DNA of 48,929 nucleotides from Bacillota bacterium. GTDB lineage: Bacteria; Bacillota; Sulfobacillia; UBA8153. The translations under genes and the position numbers were made by a program. Where the stretch lies: the NCBI GenBank assembly GCA_007130145.1, contig SLSY01000086.1, forward strand, positions 1 to 48,929, written 5' to 3'. A model generated the notes under the pieces. It did not search any database. It was not told the origin of the DNA and saw nothing but the letters and a program-made list of their open reading frames with translations. The first letter of the stretch is position 1, and every line of letters begins with the position of its first letter. This document shows positions 28,756-36,283 of the stretch, piece after piece.

Positions 28756-29499
28756 CTAGGCCAACATGCCTCCATCCACCACTAAAACCTGACCGGTAAT
28801 ATACCCTGCAGCCTCTGAGGCAAGGAAGGTCACAAGCGATGTAACCTCCTCAACCCGGCCCATGCGACCCATGGGCACACGCGACAGCAGCTGTTCTCTG
28901 GCCGCCTCGGGCATGTCCTGGGCCATACCGGTCTCAATGAGGCCGGGAGCAATGGCGTTTACGGTAATACTCCGTGGCGCCAACTCACGCGCTGCCGCCC
29001 GGGTGAAGCCAATAACACCCGCCTTGGCCGCACAGTAATTGGCCTGACCAGCATTGCCTGTAAGCCCGGCCACCGAACACATGTTAATGATCCTCCCCCA
29101 GCGCTGCTTCAGCATGGTTCGTGATGCAGCGCGCGTACAATGAAACGTCCCGTCAAGGCTTGTGGCGATGACATCGCGCCAATTGTCATCGCTCATACGC
29201 ATCAAGAGCCCATCGCGGTTGACCCCAGCATTGTTGACCAGAATATCCAGCCGGCCGAACTCCTTTGCGCACTGGCGGACCATGTCCTGTGCTTCATTGG
29301 CATCGCTCACATCCGCCTGGTATAGAACACCTTTTCTGCCCTCTGCTCTCAGTTCCTGCAGAACGGCCTCGGCGGCTTCGCCATGGCTGCGGTAGTTAAC
29401 GATCACCGTCGCTCCCTGTCGCGCCATAGCCAGAGCCATGGCCTTCCCCAAACCGCGGGAAGAGCCGGTAATTAATGCTACTCGATTTTCAAGTAACAT
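28756..29499 (-). CDS. fabG: 3-oxoacyl-ACP reductase
   Basis: SDR motifs TGSSRGLG, NNAG and YCAAKAG. Start placed at Met10 of the ORF, adjacent to the fabD stop. Confidence 0.92.
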   Translation of the reverse strand: MLLENRVALITGSSRGLGKAMALAMARQGATVIVNYRSHGEAAEAVLQELRAEGRKGVLYQADVSDANEAQDMVRQCAKEFGRLDILVNNAGVNRDGLLMRMSDDNWRDVIATSLDGTFHCTRAASRTMLKQRWGRIINMCSVAGLTGNAGQANYCAAKAGVIGFTRAAARELAPRSITVNAIAPGLIETGMAQDMPEAAREQLLSRVPMGRMGRVEEVTSLVTFLASEAAGYITGQVLVVDGGMLA

Positions 29500-29500
29500 C

Positions 29501-30436
29501 TTAGCAAACCTCCTCCCACATATCAAGCAAATTCTCCAGGGTTATAGCGTCCTCTACCTGCATGATCTCGACATCGTTCGCGATACGCTTGACGAAACCT
29601 GAAAGGACTCGACCCACACCTACTTCCACAAAGTAACGGCACCCGCTCAGGTGCATCCGCTCTACGCACGTCTGCCATTGAACAGGAGAATAGACTTGCT
29701 CATAGAGCGCCTGGCGAATGATATCGGGTCGGTCCAGCAAACGGCCCTCCACATTGCTGAACACATCAAAAACCGGGGATGCAAACTCCACCCCCACCAG
29801 ATCTTCGTACAGACGATGTGCTGCGGGCTTCATCAAGTCACAATGGAACGGGGCACTCACCTCCAAGACCACTGCGCGTTTGGCCCCACGCATCCTGGCT
29901 GCTTGAGCACAAGCTTGGACAGCAGCCAGCTCACCGGATATCACCACCTGTCCGGGACAGTTGTAGTTGGCGGCTTGTACAAGACCCACCTCCTTCAACT
30001 GAAGACACAGTCGTTCCACCTCTTCAGAGTCCAGTCCCACGATGGCGGCCATACCCCCTACACCGAGGGGAACAGCCGATTGCATGTAACGACCGCGACG
30101 CTGGACCAAGGTGACAGCCCGCGAAAACTCCAATGCCCGACCTGCCACGAGGGCACTGTATTCTCCCAGACTCAGCCCTGCGGCCATGTCCGGCTCCACC
30201 CCTTGCTGGGCGAGAACCCGGCACGTTGCCACCGCGACGGTAAGCAAGGCAGGCTGGGTATACTCGGTCTGCTTCAGCAGATCGGCTGGGCCCTCAAAAC
30301 ACAGACGCGCCATGTCATACCCCAGTGCGTCGGAGGCAGCATCAAACGTCTCCCGGGCAATGCCCCAACGCCGGTACAGTTCCTGGCCCATACCCACCCG
30401 CTGCGCACCTTGGCCTGGGAAGATAAACCCGATCAT
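29501..30436 (-). CDS. fabD: Malonyl CoA-ACP transacylase
   Basis: MIGFIFPGQGAQRVGMG and the active site GLSLGEYSAL. The start at Met58 of the ORF overlaps the degV stop. The upstream extension is not FabD-like. Confidence 0.92.
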   Translation of the reverse strand: MIGFIFPGQGAQRVGMGQELYRRWGIARETFDAASDALGYDMARLCFEGPADLLKQTEYTQPALLTVAVATCRVLAQQGVEPDMAAGLSLGEYSALVAGRALEFSRAVTLVQRRGRYMQSAVPLGVGGMAAIVGLDSEEVERLCLQLKEVGLVQAANYNCPGQVVISGELAAVQACAQAARMRGAKRAVVLEVSAPFHCDLMKPAAHRLYEDLVGVEFASPVFDVFSNVEGRLLDRPDIIRQALYEQVYSPVQWQTCVERMHLSGCRYFVEVGVGRVLSGFVKRIANDVEIMQVEDAITLENLLDMWEEVC

Positions 30437-31299
30437 TGGCTTTTCCCGCACTCGTAAAATGTCACACCTAAAGTTCCTGGTCCCACATGGGTACCTATAA
30501 TGGCCCCCAGGGGCGCCACCAGCGAGTATTCCACTTGATACAACTTCTTGAGTTCGTTCAGAATCAGCTCGGCATCCTCCTGAGCATTGCCATGCATCAC
30601 CGCACAACGGATGGTTGCGCCCGGGCTGGTATGCTCCTGGACCAATTCCAGTAAGCGCTTGGTGACCTTGCGGCGTCCTTTTCCTCTTACCCTCTCCACC
30701 GGCGCGACATACCCATCTTCGCCCACGGTCAAGATGGGCTTCATGCTAAGAAGTGTGCCCAGAAGATGGGCGGCACCGCCAATGCGACCGTTCTTACGCA
30801 AGTATTCGAGAGTATCGACGGAGAAGTGTAAAAAGAGTCGGCTCCGCACGTCCTTGAGAGATCGGACAATGTCCTCCACGCTGGCCCCCGCCTCGGCCAT
30901 GCGCGCGGCTTCCATTACCATCAGTCCATAGCCGAGGGAACCGGTGCGCGAATCCACCACATGGACATCAAGGTCGGGAACCAAGGTCTTGGCCAGTTCT
31001 GCTGCCTGATAGGTGCCACTGAGACCCGACGACAGGTGTATGGAAATGACACTGTCTCCTTCAGAGGCCACGCCCTGGTAACACTGGGCAAAGTCGTTGG
31101 GGGAAGGTTGCGATGTACGCGGATGATGCGGTGAAGACTCCAGCGTACCGTAAAACTCCTCCGCCGTCATCTCCAGCGCGTCTTGGAACTGATCATCTCC
31201 AAAATGAACAGTGAGTGGAACCATGCTAACCCCGATCTCCTTCAACAGCTCAACCGGCATGTCGGACGCGCTGTCAGTGACAACTCTGACCTTTCCCAT
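30433..31299 (-). CDS. DegV-family fatty-acid-binding protein (FakB-like)
   Basis: VRVVTDSASDMP, TSQPSP, IHLSSGLSGTYQ and a GPGTLGV C-terminus. Start placed at Met18. Confidence 0.88.
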   Translation of the reverse strand: MGKVRVVTDSASDMPVELLKEIGVSMVPLTVHFGDDQFQDALEMTAEEFYGTLESSPHHPRTSQPSPNDFAQCYQGVASEGDSVISIHLSSGLSGTYQAAELAKTLVPDLDVHVVDSRTGSLGYGLMVMEAARMAEAGASVEDIVRSLKDVRSRLFLHFSVDTLEYLRKNGRIGGAAHLLGTLLSMKPILTVGEDGYVAPVERVRGKGRRKVTKRLLELVQEHTSPGATIRCAVMHGNAQEDAELILNELKKLYQVEYSLVAPLGAIIGTHVGPGTLGVTFYECGKSQ

Positions 31300-31322
31300 C
31301 CTGTCGCCCTCCTCATCAGAAT

Positions 31323-32309
31323 CTACCAACGAACTACCGCAGAACCCCAAGTCAAACCACCACCAAAAGCAACCATCACCACATGATCTCCTTTTTGCAA
31401 CCGCCCCGTGGATTCCGCCTCCTCCAATGCCACGGGTATGGAGGCGGCCGACATGTTGCCATAACGATCAATGTTTATCATGACCTTCTCCATCCCCAAA
31501 CCAAAACGCTCGGCTGCCGCTTCAATGATCCGCAGATTGGCCTGGTGGGGAACTAAGAAATCCAGATCATCCATGGTCAGCCCGGCCTTCTTCAAGCCGG
31601 CAAAGGTAGCAGCCCCCATCGTTCGCACCGCAAAACGAAAGATCTGATTCCCGTTCATGTGCACATAGTGCATGCCATCGGCCAACGTCTGAACCGTAGC
31701 CGGCAAACGTGAGCCTCCGGCTGGTTGCTTGAGCAAATCAGCTCCGGCGCCGTCCGCGCCTAAATATGTCGACAGCAGCGTTCTCTCTCCCCGTGAGGGG
31801 CCCAGAACCGCCGCACCGGCTCCATCCCCCAGCAAGACACAGGTATTGCGGTCCTGCCAGTTCACGATACGAGACAATACTTCCGCACCGATGACCAGAA
31901 CGTGCCGATACATTCCCGTGGCGATGAACTGTGAGCCGACCGAAAGAGCATAAATAAAGCCCGAACACGCCGCTTCCAGGTCAAATGCTGCTGCTCTCAC
32001 CGCCCCCAGACGCTCTTGCACCAGACAGGCTGTAGACGGGAAGAGCATATCCGGCAGCACCGTAGCCACAATAATCAAATCAATATCCTGCGGCCGGACC
32101 TCAGCCCTCTCCATAGCTAGCCGGGCTGCGACAAGAGCCAGATCCGAGGTAGCTTCGTCGGGCGCAGCAATGCGTCGCTCACGAATGCCGGTCCGCGTAA
32201 CGATCCATTCATCGCTGGTATCCACCATTTGCTCCAAATCCTGATTGGTGAGACGGCGCTCGGGCACCATCGCCCCTAAACCCAGTATTCCGACGGGGAT
32301 GTCTGCCAT
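31323..32309 (-). CDS. fabH: 3-oxoacyl-ACP synthase III
   Basis: Active-site Cys in AACSGFIYAL, VPHQANLRI, and NMSAASIP...GGGLTWG. Confidence 0.92.
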   Translation of the reverse strand: MADIPVGILGLGAMVPERRLTNQDLEQMVDTSDEWIVTRTGIRERRIAAPDEATSDLALVAARLAMERAEVRPQDIDLIIVATVLPDMLFPSTACLVQERLGAVRAAAFDLEAACSGFIYALSVGSQFIATGMYRHVLVIGAEVLSRIVNWQDRNTCVLLGDGAGAAVLGPSRGERTLLSTYLGADGAGADLLKQPAGGSRLPATVQTLADGMHYVHMNGNQIFRFAVRTMGAATFAGLKKAGLTMDDLDFLVPHQANLRIIEAAAERFGLGMEKVMINIDRYGNMSAASIPVALEEAESTGRLQKGDHVVMVAFGGGLTWGSAVVRW

Positions 32310-32319
32310 TCTCTTTTGC

Positions 32320-33336
32320 CTACTCCTTCTTTGCCATGTTCTCTAACACGCTAGCCATCTCTTCCAGCGCTCCGCTGTCCAAATATTTCATCGCGTACAG
32401 AATTCCATTGGCTATCGCTTTGCCGTTGGAGGCACCGTGGCACTTTATACAGGGCTGAGCCAAACCCAAAAGAGGTGCTCCACCATACTCAGTATAATCA
32501 AGACGAGATTTCAATTCTCTCAGTGCCCCTTGCGCCAACCAGCCACCCATACGCGCACGAGTGCTACTATTCAAGGCGGACCCAAACATGGTGAATACCG
32601 CCTGCGCCACTCCTTCGGTACTCTTGAGAAGAAGGTTACCGGCGAACCCATCTGTCACCACCACTTCAACATCTCCCTGGTAGACATCGCGAGGCTCGAT
32701 GTTACCCACAAAGCGAATGGTCTCGGCTTCACTCAACAGCTGATAAGACTTCTTCGTGAACTCAGTTCCCTTGTTGGCTTCACCGCCAATATTGAGCAGG
32801 CCCACGGACGGGTTCTCACATTCGAGGGCGCCGCTGGCATAGGCCGATCCCATGACAGCCAGCTGTATCATCTGGCCGGGCCTCATGTCTGTGGATGCTC
32901 CAACATCTAGCACCGCGACCCCACGTCCTGTTACGGTCGGCAGTATGGTGCACAAAGCGGGTCGACTGATACCGGGCAAACGCCCCAGTACCAATGAACC
33001 ACCCACCAGCAATGCACCTGTATTGCCGGCGGAAACGAAGGCATCCCCCCGACCTTCCTTTACCAATCTGAGTCCCACAGCAATGGACGAATCGGGCTTA
33101 TGACGAAAGGCCTCAACCGGTGATTCATCATTGCCGATGATCTCGGATGCATGGACGATCTCCAGGTTATCGGGGCGCTTGAGCTCGGCTTCCTCAAAGG
33201 TGTCCTCCAGCACTTGCCGGTCACCGACCAACACCACATCGACATCAAGATAACAAGCAGCGGCCGTTGCGCCAGAAATGAGGGACAAGGGTGCTCGATC
33301 TCCACCCATACCATCAACCACTATGCAATGTCTCAT
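32320..33336 (-). CDS. plsX: Phosphate:acyl-ACP acyltransferase PlsX
   Basis: IVVDGMGGDRAP, VSAGNTGAL and GASNGKAIANGI. Confidence 0.93.
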   Translation of the reverse strand: MRHCIVVDGMGGDRAPLSLISGATAAACYLDVDVVLVGDRQVLEDTFEEAELKRPDNLEIVHASEIIGNDESPVEAFRHKPDSSIAVGLRLVKEGRGDAFVSAGNTGALLVGGSLVLGRLPGISRPALCTILPTVTGRGVAVLDVGASTDMRPGQMIQLAVMGSAYASGALECENPSVGLLNIGGEANKGTEFTKKSYQLLSEAETIRFVGNIEPRDVYQGDVEVVVTDGFAGNLLLKSTEGVAQAVFTMFGSALNSSTRARMGGWLAQGALRELKSRLDYTEYGGAPLLGLAQPCIKCHGASNGKAIANGILYAMKYLDSGALEEMASVLENMAKKE

Positions 33337-33916
33337 TGCTCTTATCGTCCTCCTCGTCCGGTTTGGACTCTAGGGCAAACACCACGAACTTACCACGGAA
33401 CACCTGCTTACCTTCAGCGCGGGTTACCACCAGAACGACGGTCTGACCACGGCGCTGCCGGATGACTTCAGCTCGGGCCACCAAACGATCTCCTACCTGT
33501 ACGGGCCGCTTGTACTTGACATTAGCCAAACCGGTCAGCACCGTATCGGCATCCACCAGCGCAATGGCCAGTGAATCGGCCTGTGCAAACACAAAATGCC
33601 CCCTTACCACTCCACTGCGGGCAAAGCCCATATCGCTGGTGGTTTCCAGGATAGAGACGGCACTTTGTCCCAGCTGCAAGTCAACCAATTCTCCCACAAT
33701 GTCCTGCGCCGCTATGGACTTAAGGGAGCTGTGTTCTCGCTGTGCTACCGCCCGTGTGCGCCGGCGTAACTCGGGGATGCCCAGCGCGAGGCGATCCAAG
33801 CGAATCGTCTGCACACTGACATCCAGCTGCTCGGCCAGATCGCGATCAGGCAGGAAGGGGTTATCCTCAAGCAATTCCTTGAGTGTGCATTGGCGCTCGG
33901 CGCGACTTGATGTCAA
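33314..33916 (-). CDS. fapR: Fatty acid/phospholipid synthesis repressor FapR
   Basis: SRAERQ..LKELLEDNPFLPDRDLAEQLDVSVQTIRLDRLALGIPELR is followed by a hot-dog thioesterase-like C-terminus. I placed the start at TTG 33916, 8 nt after GGGAGGTG. The ORF extends to 33952. Confidence 0.85.
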   Translation of the reverse strand: MTSSRAERQCTLKELLEDNPFLPDRDLAEQLDVSVQTIRLDRLALGIPELRRRTRAVAQREHSSLKSIAAQDIVGELVDLQLGQSAVSILETTSDMGFARSGVVRGHFVFAQADSLAIALVDADTVLTGLANVKYKRPVQVGDRLVARAEVIRQRRGQTVVLVVTRAEGKQVFRGKFVVFALESKPDEEDDKSNETLHSG

Positions 33917-33942
33917 CGGGCACACCTCCCTGAGACCTTCTA

Positions 33943-33993
33943 ATATGACCAACTACTAAGAGCAAGTATACATTAGTTTGGCCCCGGGGGCAA
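33943..33993 (-). promoter_or_regulatory. Candidate fapR-operon promoter (TTGCCC-17-TATACT) with an inverted repeat bracketing the -10
   Basis: The minus-strand -35 maps to 33988-33993 and the -10 to 33965-33970. ACTAA-N13-TTAGT (33955-33977) brackets the -10. A TTAGTA half-site is followed by GTTGGTCATAT (33943-33959). TTAGTA resembles my recollection of the FapR-box half-site. Confidence 0.3.
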
Positions 33994-34019
33994 TAGTTGA
34001 AAAACACCGCGCGAACGCC

Positions 34020-34052
34020 AAAAAAGCCCCGCTTAGACGCATCCAAGGGGGC
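34020..34052 (-). terminator. Rho-independent terminator after rpmF
   Basis: The minus strand reads GCCCCCTT-loop(10)-AAGCGGGGC, an 8 bp stem with a 1-nt bulge, followed directly by TTTTTT. Confidence 0.6.
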
Positions 34053-34077
34053 CCTGATCGCCTGCAAACAGGCAGAA

Positions 34078-34260
34078 TTATTTCTCTTCGACTTTAATGA
34101 CAGACCGATTATTGTAGTAACCACAACTGCCGCAAACCTGGTGTGGCATCTTCCAGTCGTGGCATCGAGGGCACTTGGCCAAATTCGGAGGCGTCAGTTT
34201 CCAATTGGCCCGACGCTTATCCCGTCTCGCCTTGGATGTCTTCTTCTTTGGTACAGCCAT
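34078..34260 (-). CDS. rpmF: 50S ribosomal protein L32
   Basis: MAVPKKKTSKARRDKRRA with Cys4 (CPRCHDWKMPHQVCGSCG). Start placed at Met3 of the ORF. Confidence 0.93.
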   Translation of the reverse strand: MAVPKKKTSKARRDKRRANWKLTPPNLAKCPRCHDWKMPHQVCGSCGYYNNRSVIKVEEK

Positions 34261-34262
34261 CG

Positions 34263-34802
34263 TCACCCACCCTTTTCTTGCTCTTCGATCTTCTTGCGTA
34301 ACTCTGCTAGAGCCTGCATGCGAGGATCAGGCGTTGCCTCTTCATCCTGCGTTACTCTCTCAAGTCCGGCACAATCCTCATCGCACAACGGTTTCATGGG
34401 AAGGGCCACAAGCAAGTGTTGCCGGATCGGCTCGAGCAAATCAATGTATTCGCCTTCTACCAGAAACCAGTCCTCTACATCCTCATCACTGTCCCGGGGC
34501 GCTTGTGATGCGATACGATACTCAATCAAAACCGGAATCTGTACGGGAAAGTCGCATCGCTGCAAACAGCGGGCACAGGTCTGTCGAGCAAGGCCCGCGA
34601 CTTCACCTCTGGCCAGTATTCCGGTACCGGTTGGACTCAATGTCACTTTCACCCGCACGGGCTCAGGAAACACCCGGTCATCGTCCGTCTCTTCGGGGAT
34701 GGCCATCTCGGCATCAATGTGGATGACTTCTCCAAAATCAGCCCGCTCCAACAGTGTCTGTACGCGAACTTTCACCTGAACACACCCCCACGCCACGCTC
34801 AT
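34263..34802 (-). CDS. yceD: YceD/DUF177 family protein (23S rRNA accumulation protein)
   Basis: Conserved position upstream of rpmF. It has a C-terminal Cys cluster and acidic tail (CARCLQRC...CDEDCAGL). Start taken at Met61 (34802), just after the stop of the upstream gene. Confidence 0.78.
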   Translation of the reverse strand: MSVAWGCVQVKVRVQTLLERADFGEVIHIDAEMAIPEETDDDRVFPEPVRVKVTLSPTGTGILARGEVAGLARQTCARCLQRCDFPVQIPVLIEYRIASQAPRDSDEDVEDWFLVEGEYIDLLEPIRQHLLVALPMKPLCDEDCAGLERVTQDEEATPDPRMQALAELRKKIEEQEKGG

Positions 34803-34812
34803 TCTACAGGCG

Positions 34813-35847
34813 TCAGGACGCCTTGTCAAGGGAAAAGAGCACTTGCACCGCCTCATCCAGGTTCCCAACGGGAAACACGTCGACGGTAGTGGCGGCTTGC
34901 TCCGCCTCTCGTGCGTTGGCTGCTGGCACCAGGAAGACATCGGCCCCCGCCTTCTCAGCGGCCTGAACCTTCTGCCGAACACCGCCCACGGGGTTCACAT
35001 TGGCATCACGATCCAGAATTCCGGTCCCGGCAATCACCAAACCCTGGGGCACCAGTTCCCGGTCGTAACGTCCCATAACCTGTAAGGTGAACATAAGACC
35101 AGCCGAAGGGCCTCCCACCTCACCAGCATCTATGGTAACATCACTGGGGCCAATGACTTGAGGACCAGCGGTCAGAACCATAATGCCGATGTACGATCTC
35201 ATCGCATCCTCTGGATGCTCACCCGTCTCTATCTCCACACTAGCGATCTCTTGCTCACGTGCATAGCGAACCGCTACTATGTCTCCCGGACTAATCTCCT
35301 GCAAGTAGGCAAGGAGTTCATCGCCCGTTTGGACCGTCATACTATCAAGATGAGTTATGACATCGCCCACCTTCAGCTCCCCATGAGCGGGAGCATCAGG
35401 AAGGACATAGGTAACCACCGCGCCTTCGCCCGCCATATGCACCGGATAACCCAGTTGCTCAAAGGCCAGCTGAATGGCTAGCGCCTGACTGTCCTTCATG
35501 AGCCACTGATTTTGAAGGTAGTATTCCTCGATCGTTTGCCCCGGTCGCAAGATGTTGGACAGATGAACCATGTCAATCCCGGGATGGAAGACACCGACCA
35601 CTGCCAGCCATAAACGGGCCTGATTAGTGAACACGGTTGTCATCAAGAGTCCTTGAGATTCTCCCGCCTGACCATCAACACTGATCATAGGACCCACATC
35701 CACAGCTTGTCCCGGCCGGAGGATTAAATAGTTGGTGGGCCAGCTAAGAAAGTAAAACGCCACAACGAGTATGACAGCTAGCACGGCAAGTCGCGCCACC
35801 TGGCGACGAGCGGCTCGCATCATAGCCACCAATCGATTACCCGTCAT
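34813..35847 (-). CDS. Membrane-anchored PDZ plus Lon-protease-C-terminal-domain protein (YlbL/SepM-like)
   Basis: N-terminal TM segment, a PDZ segment (GELKVGDVITHLD), and an S16 Lon catalytic domain with GGPSAGLMFTL (Ser) and GGVRQKV (Lys). Confidence 0.85.
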   Translation of the reverse strand: MTGNRLVAMMRAARRQVARLAVLAVILVVAFYFLSWPTNYLILRPGQAVDVGPMISVDGQAGESQGLLMTTVFTNQARLWLAVVGVFHPGIDMVHLSNILRPGQTIEEYYLQNQWLMKDSQALAIQLAFEQLGYPVHMAGEGAVVTYVLPDAPAHGELKVGDVITHLDSMTVQTGDELLAYLQEISPGDIVAVRYAREQEIASVEIETGEHPEDAMRSYIGIMVLTAGPQVIGPSDVTIDAGEVGGPSAGLMFTLQVMGRYDRELVPQGLVIAGTGILDRDANVNPVGGVRQKVQAAEKAGADVFLVPAANAREAEQAATTVDVFPVGNLDEAVQVLFSLDKAS

Positions 35848-36027
35848 CCTCTTCCTCCCGCCCCGAACCTGTTAACACTCGTCGCTACAGTGGTCCAATC
35901 CCATTTTGCCACGACCAGCATAAGCCTACACCGACGATCCCTCCACCCGCGAAATCAAGGAGATGTGAACGCCTCCCCACACTCTCCGGCAATAAGGAGC
36001 TTAGGGAATGATTTCGCACTCCACCCA

Positions 36028-36056
36028 ATCCTATTTCTATATGCTTTCTTTGTCAA
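36028..36056 (-). promoter_or_regulatory. Candidate sigma-A promoter for the ylbL-like operon, implying a roughly 180-nt leader
   Basis: The minus strand reads TTGACA-17 nt-TAGGAT. Confidence 0.4.
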
Positions 36057-36241
36057 TGAACAGAGCAAGAGCCCAAAGAAATACCTGCCCAAAGATGAGG
36101 ACACATACCCGCTGTGTCCCCTGGTAACTCCTATCCCATAGCCAGCCTCATAGCATCGCTGGCGCGAATGAGGATGGGGGGTTGTTCTGCTGACCCCTGC
36201 TCACGTCGTCCCACAACGTATGCTCAGAATACGGACACGAA

Positions 36242-36273
36242 ACAAGGGGTGGGCCCAAGAGCCCACCCCTTGT
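36242..36273 (-). terminator. Terminator hairpin after the HydA-like gene
   Basis: A perfect 13-bp stem ACAAGGGGTGGGC/GCCCACCCCTTGT with a 6-nt loop lies 10 nt after the stop at 36284. It is followed on the minus strand by TTTCGTGT, a short T-run. Confidence 0.6.
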
Positions 36274-36283
36274 TGCCTCCGGA

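Noticed and set aside
29651-30457. 268-aa + strand ORF, and similar ORFs at 4237-4950, 37139-37792, 39021-39653 and 39909-40574
   Set aside because: All lie antisense inside genes with unambiguous catalytic motifs on the minus strand. All have His/Gln/Arg/Leu-skewed composition and no SD sequences.
33997-34779. 260-aa + strand ORF
   Set aside because: It is antisense to rpmF and yceD and runs through the rpmF terminator. Its Ser/Arg/Cys-rich composition suggests a shadow ORF.
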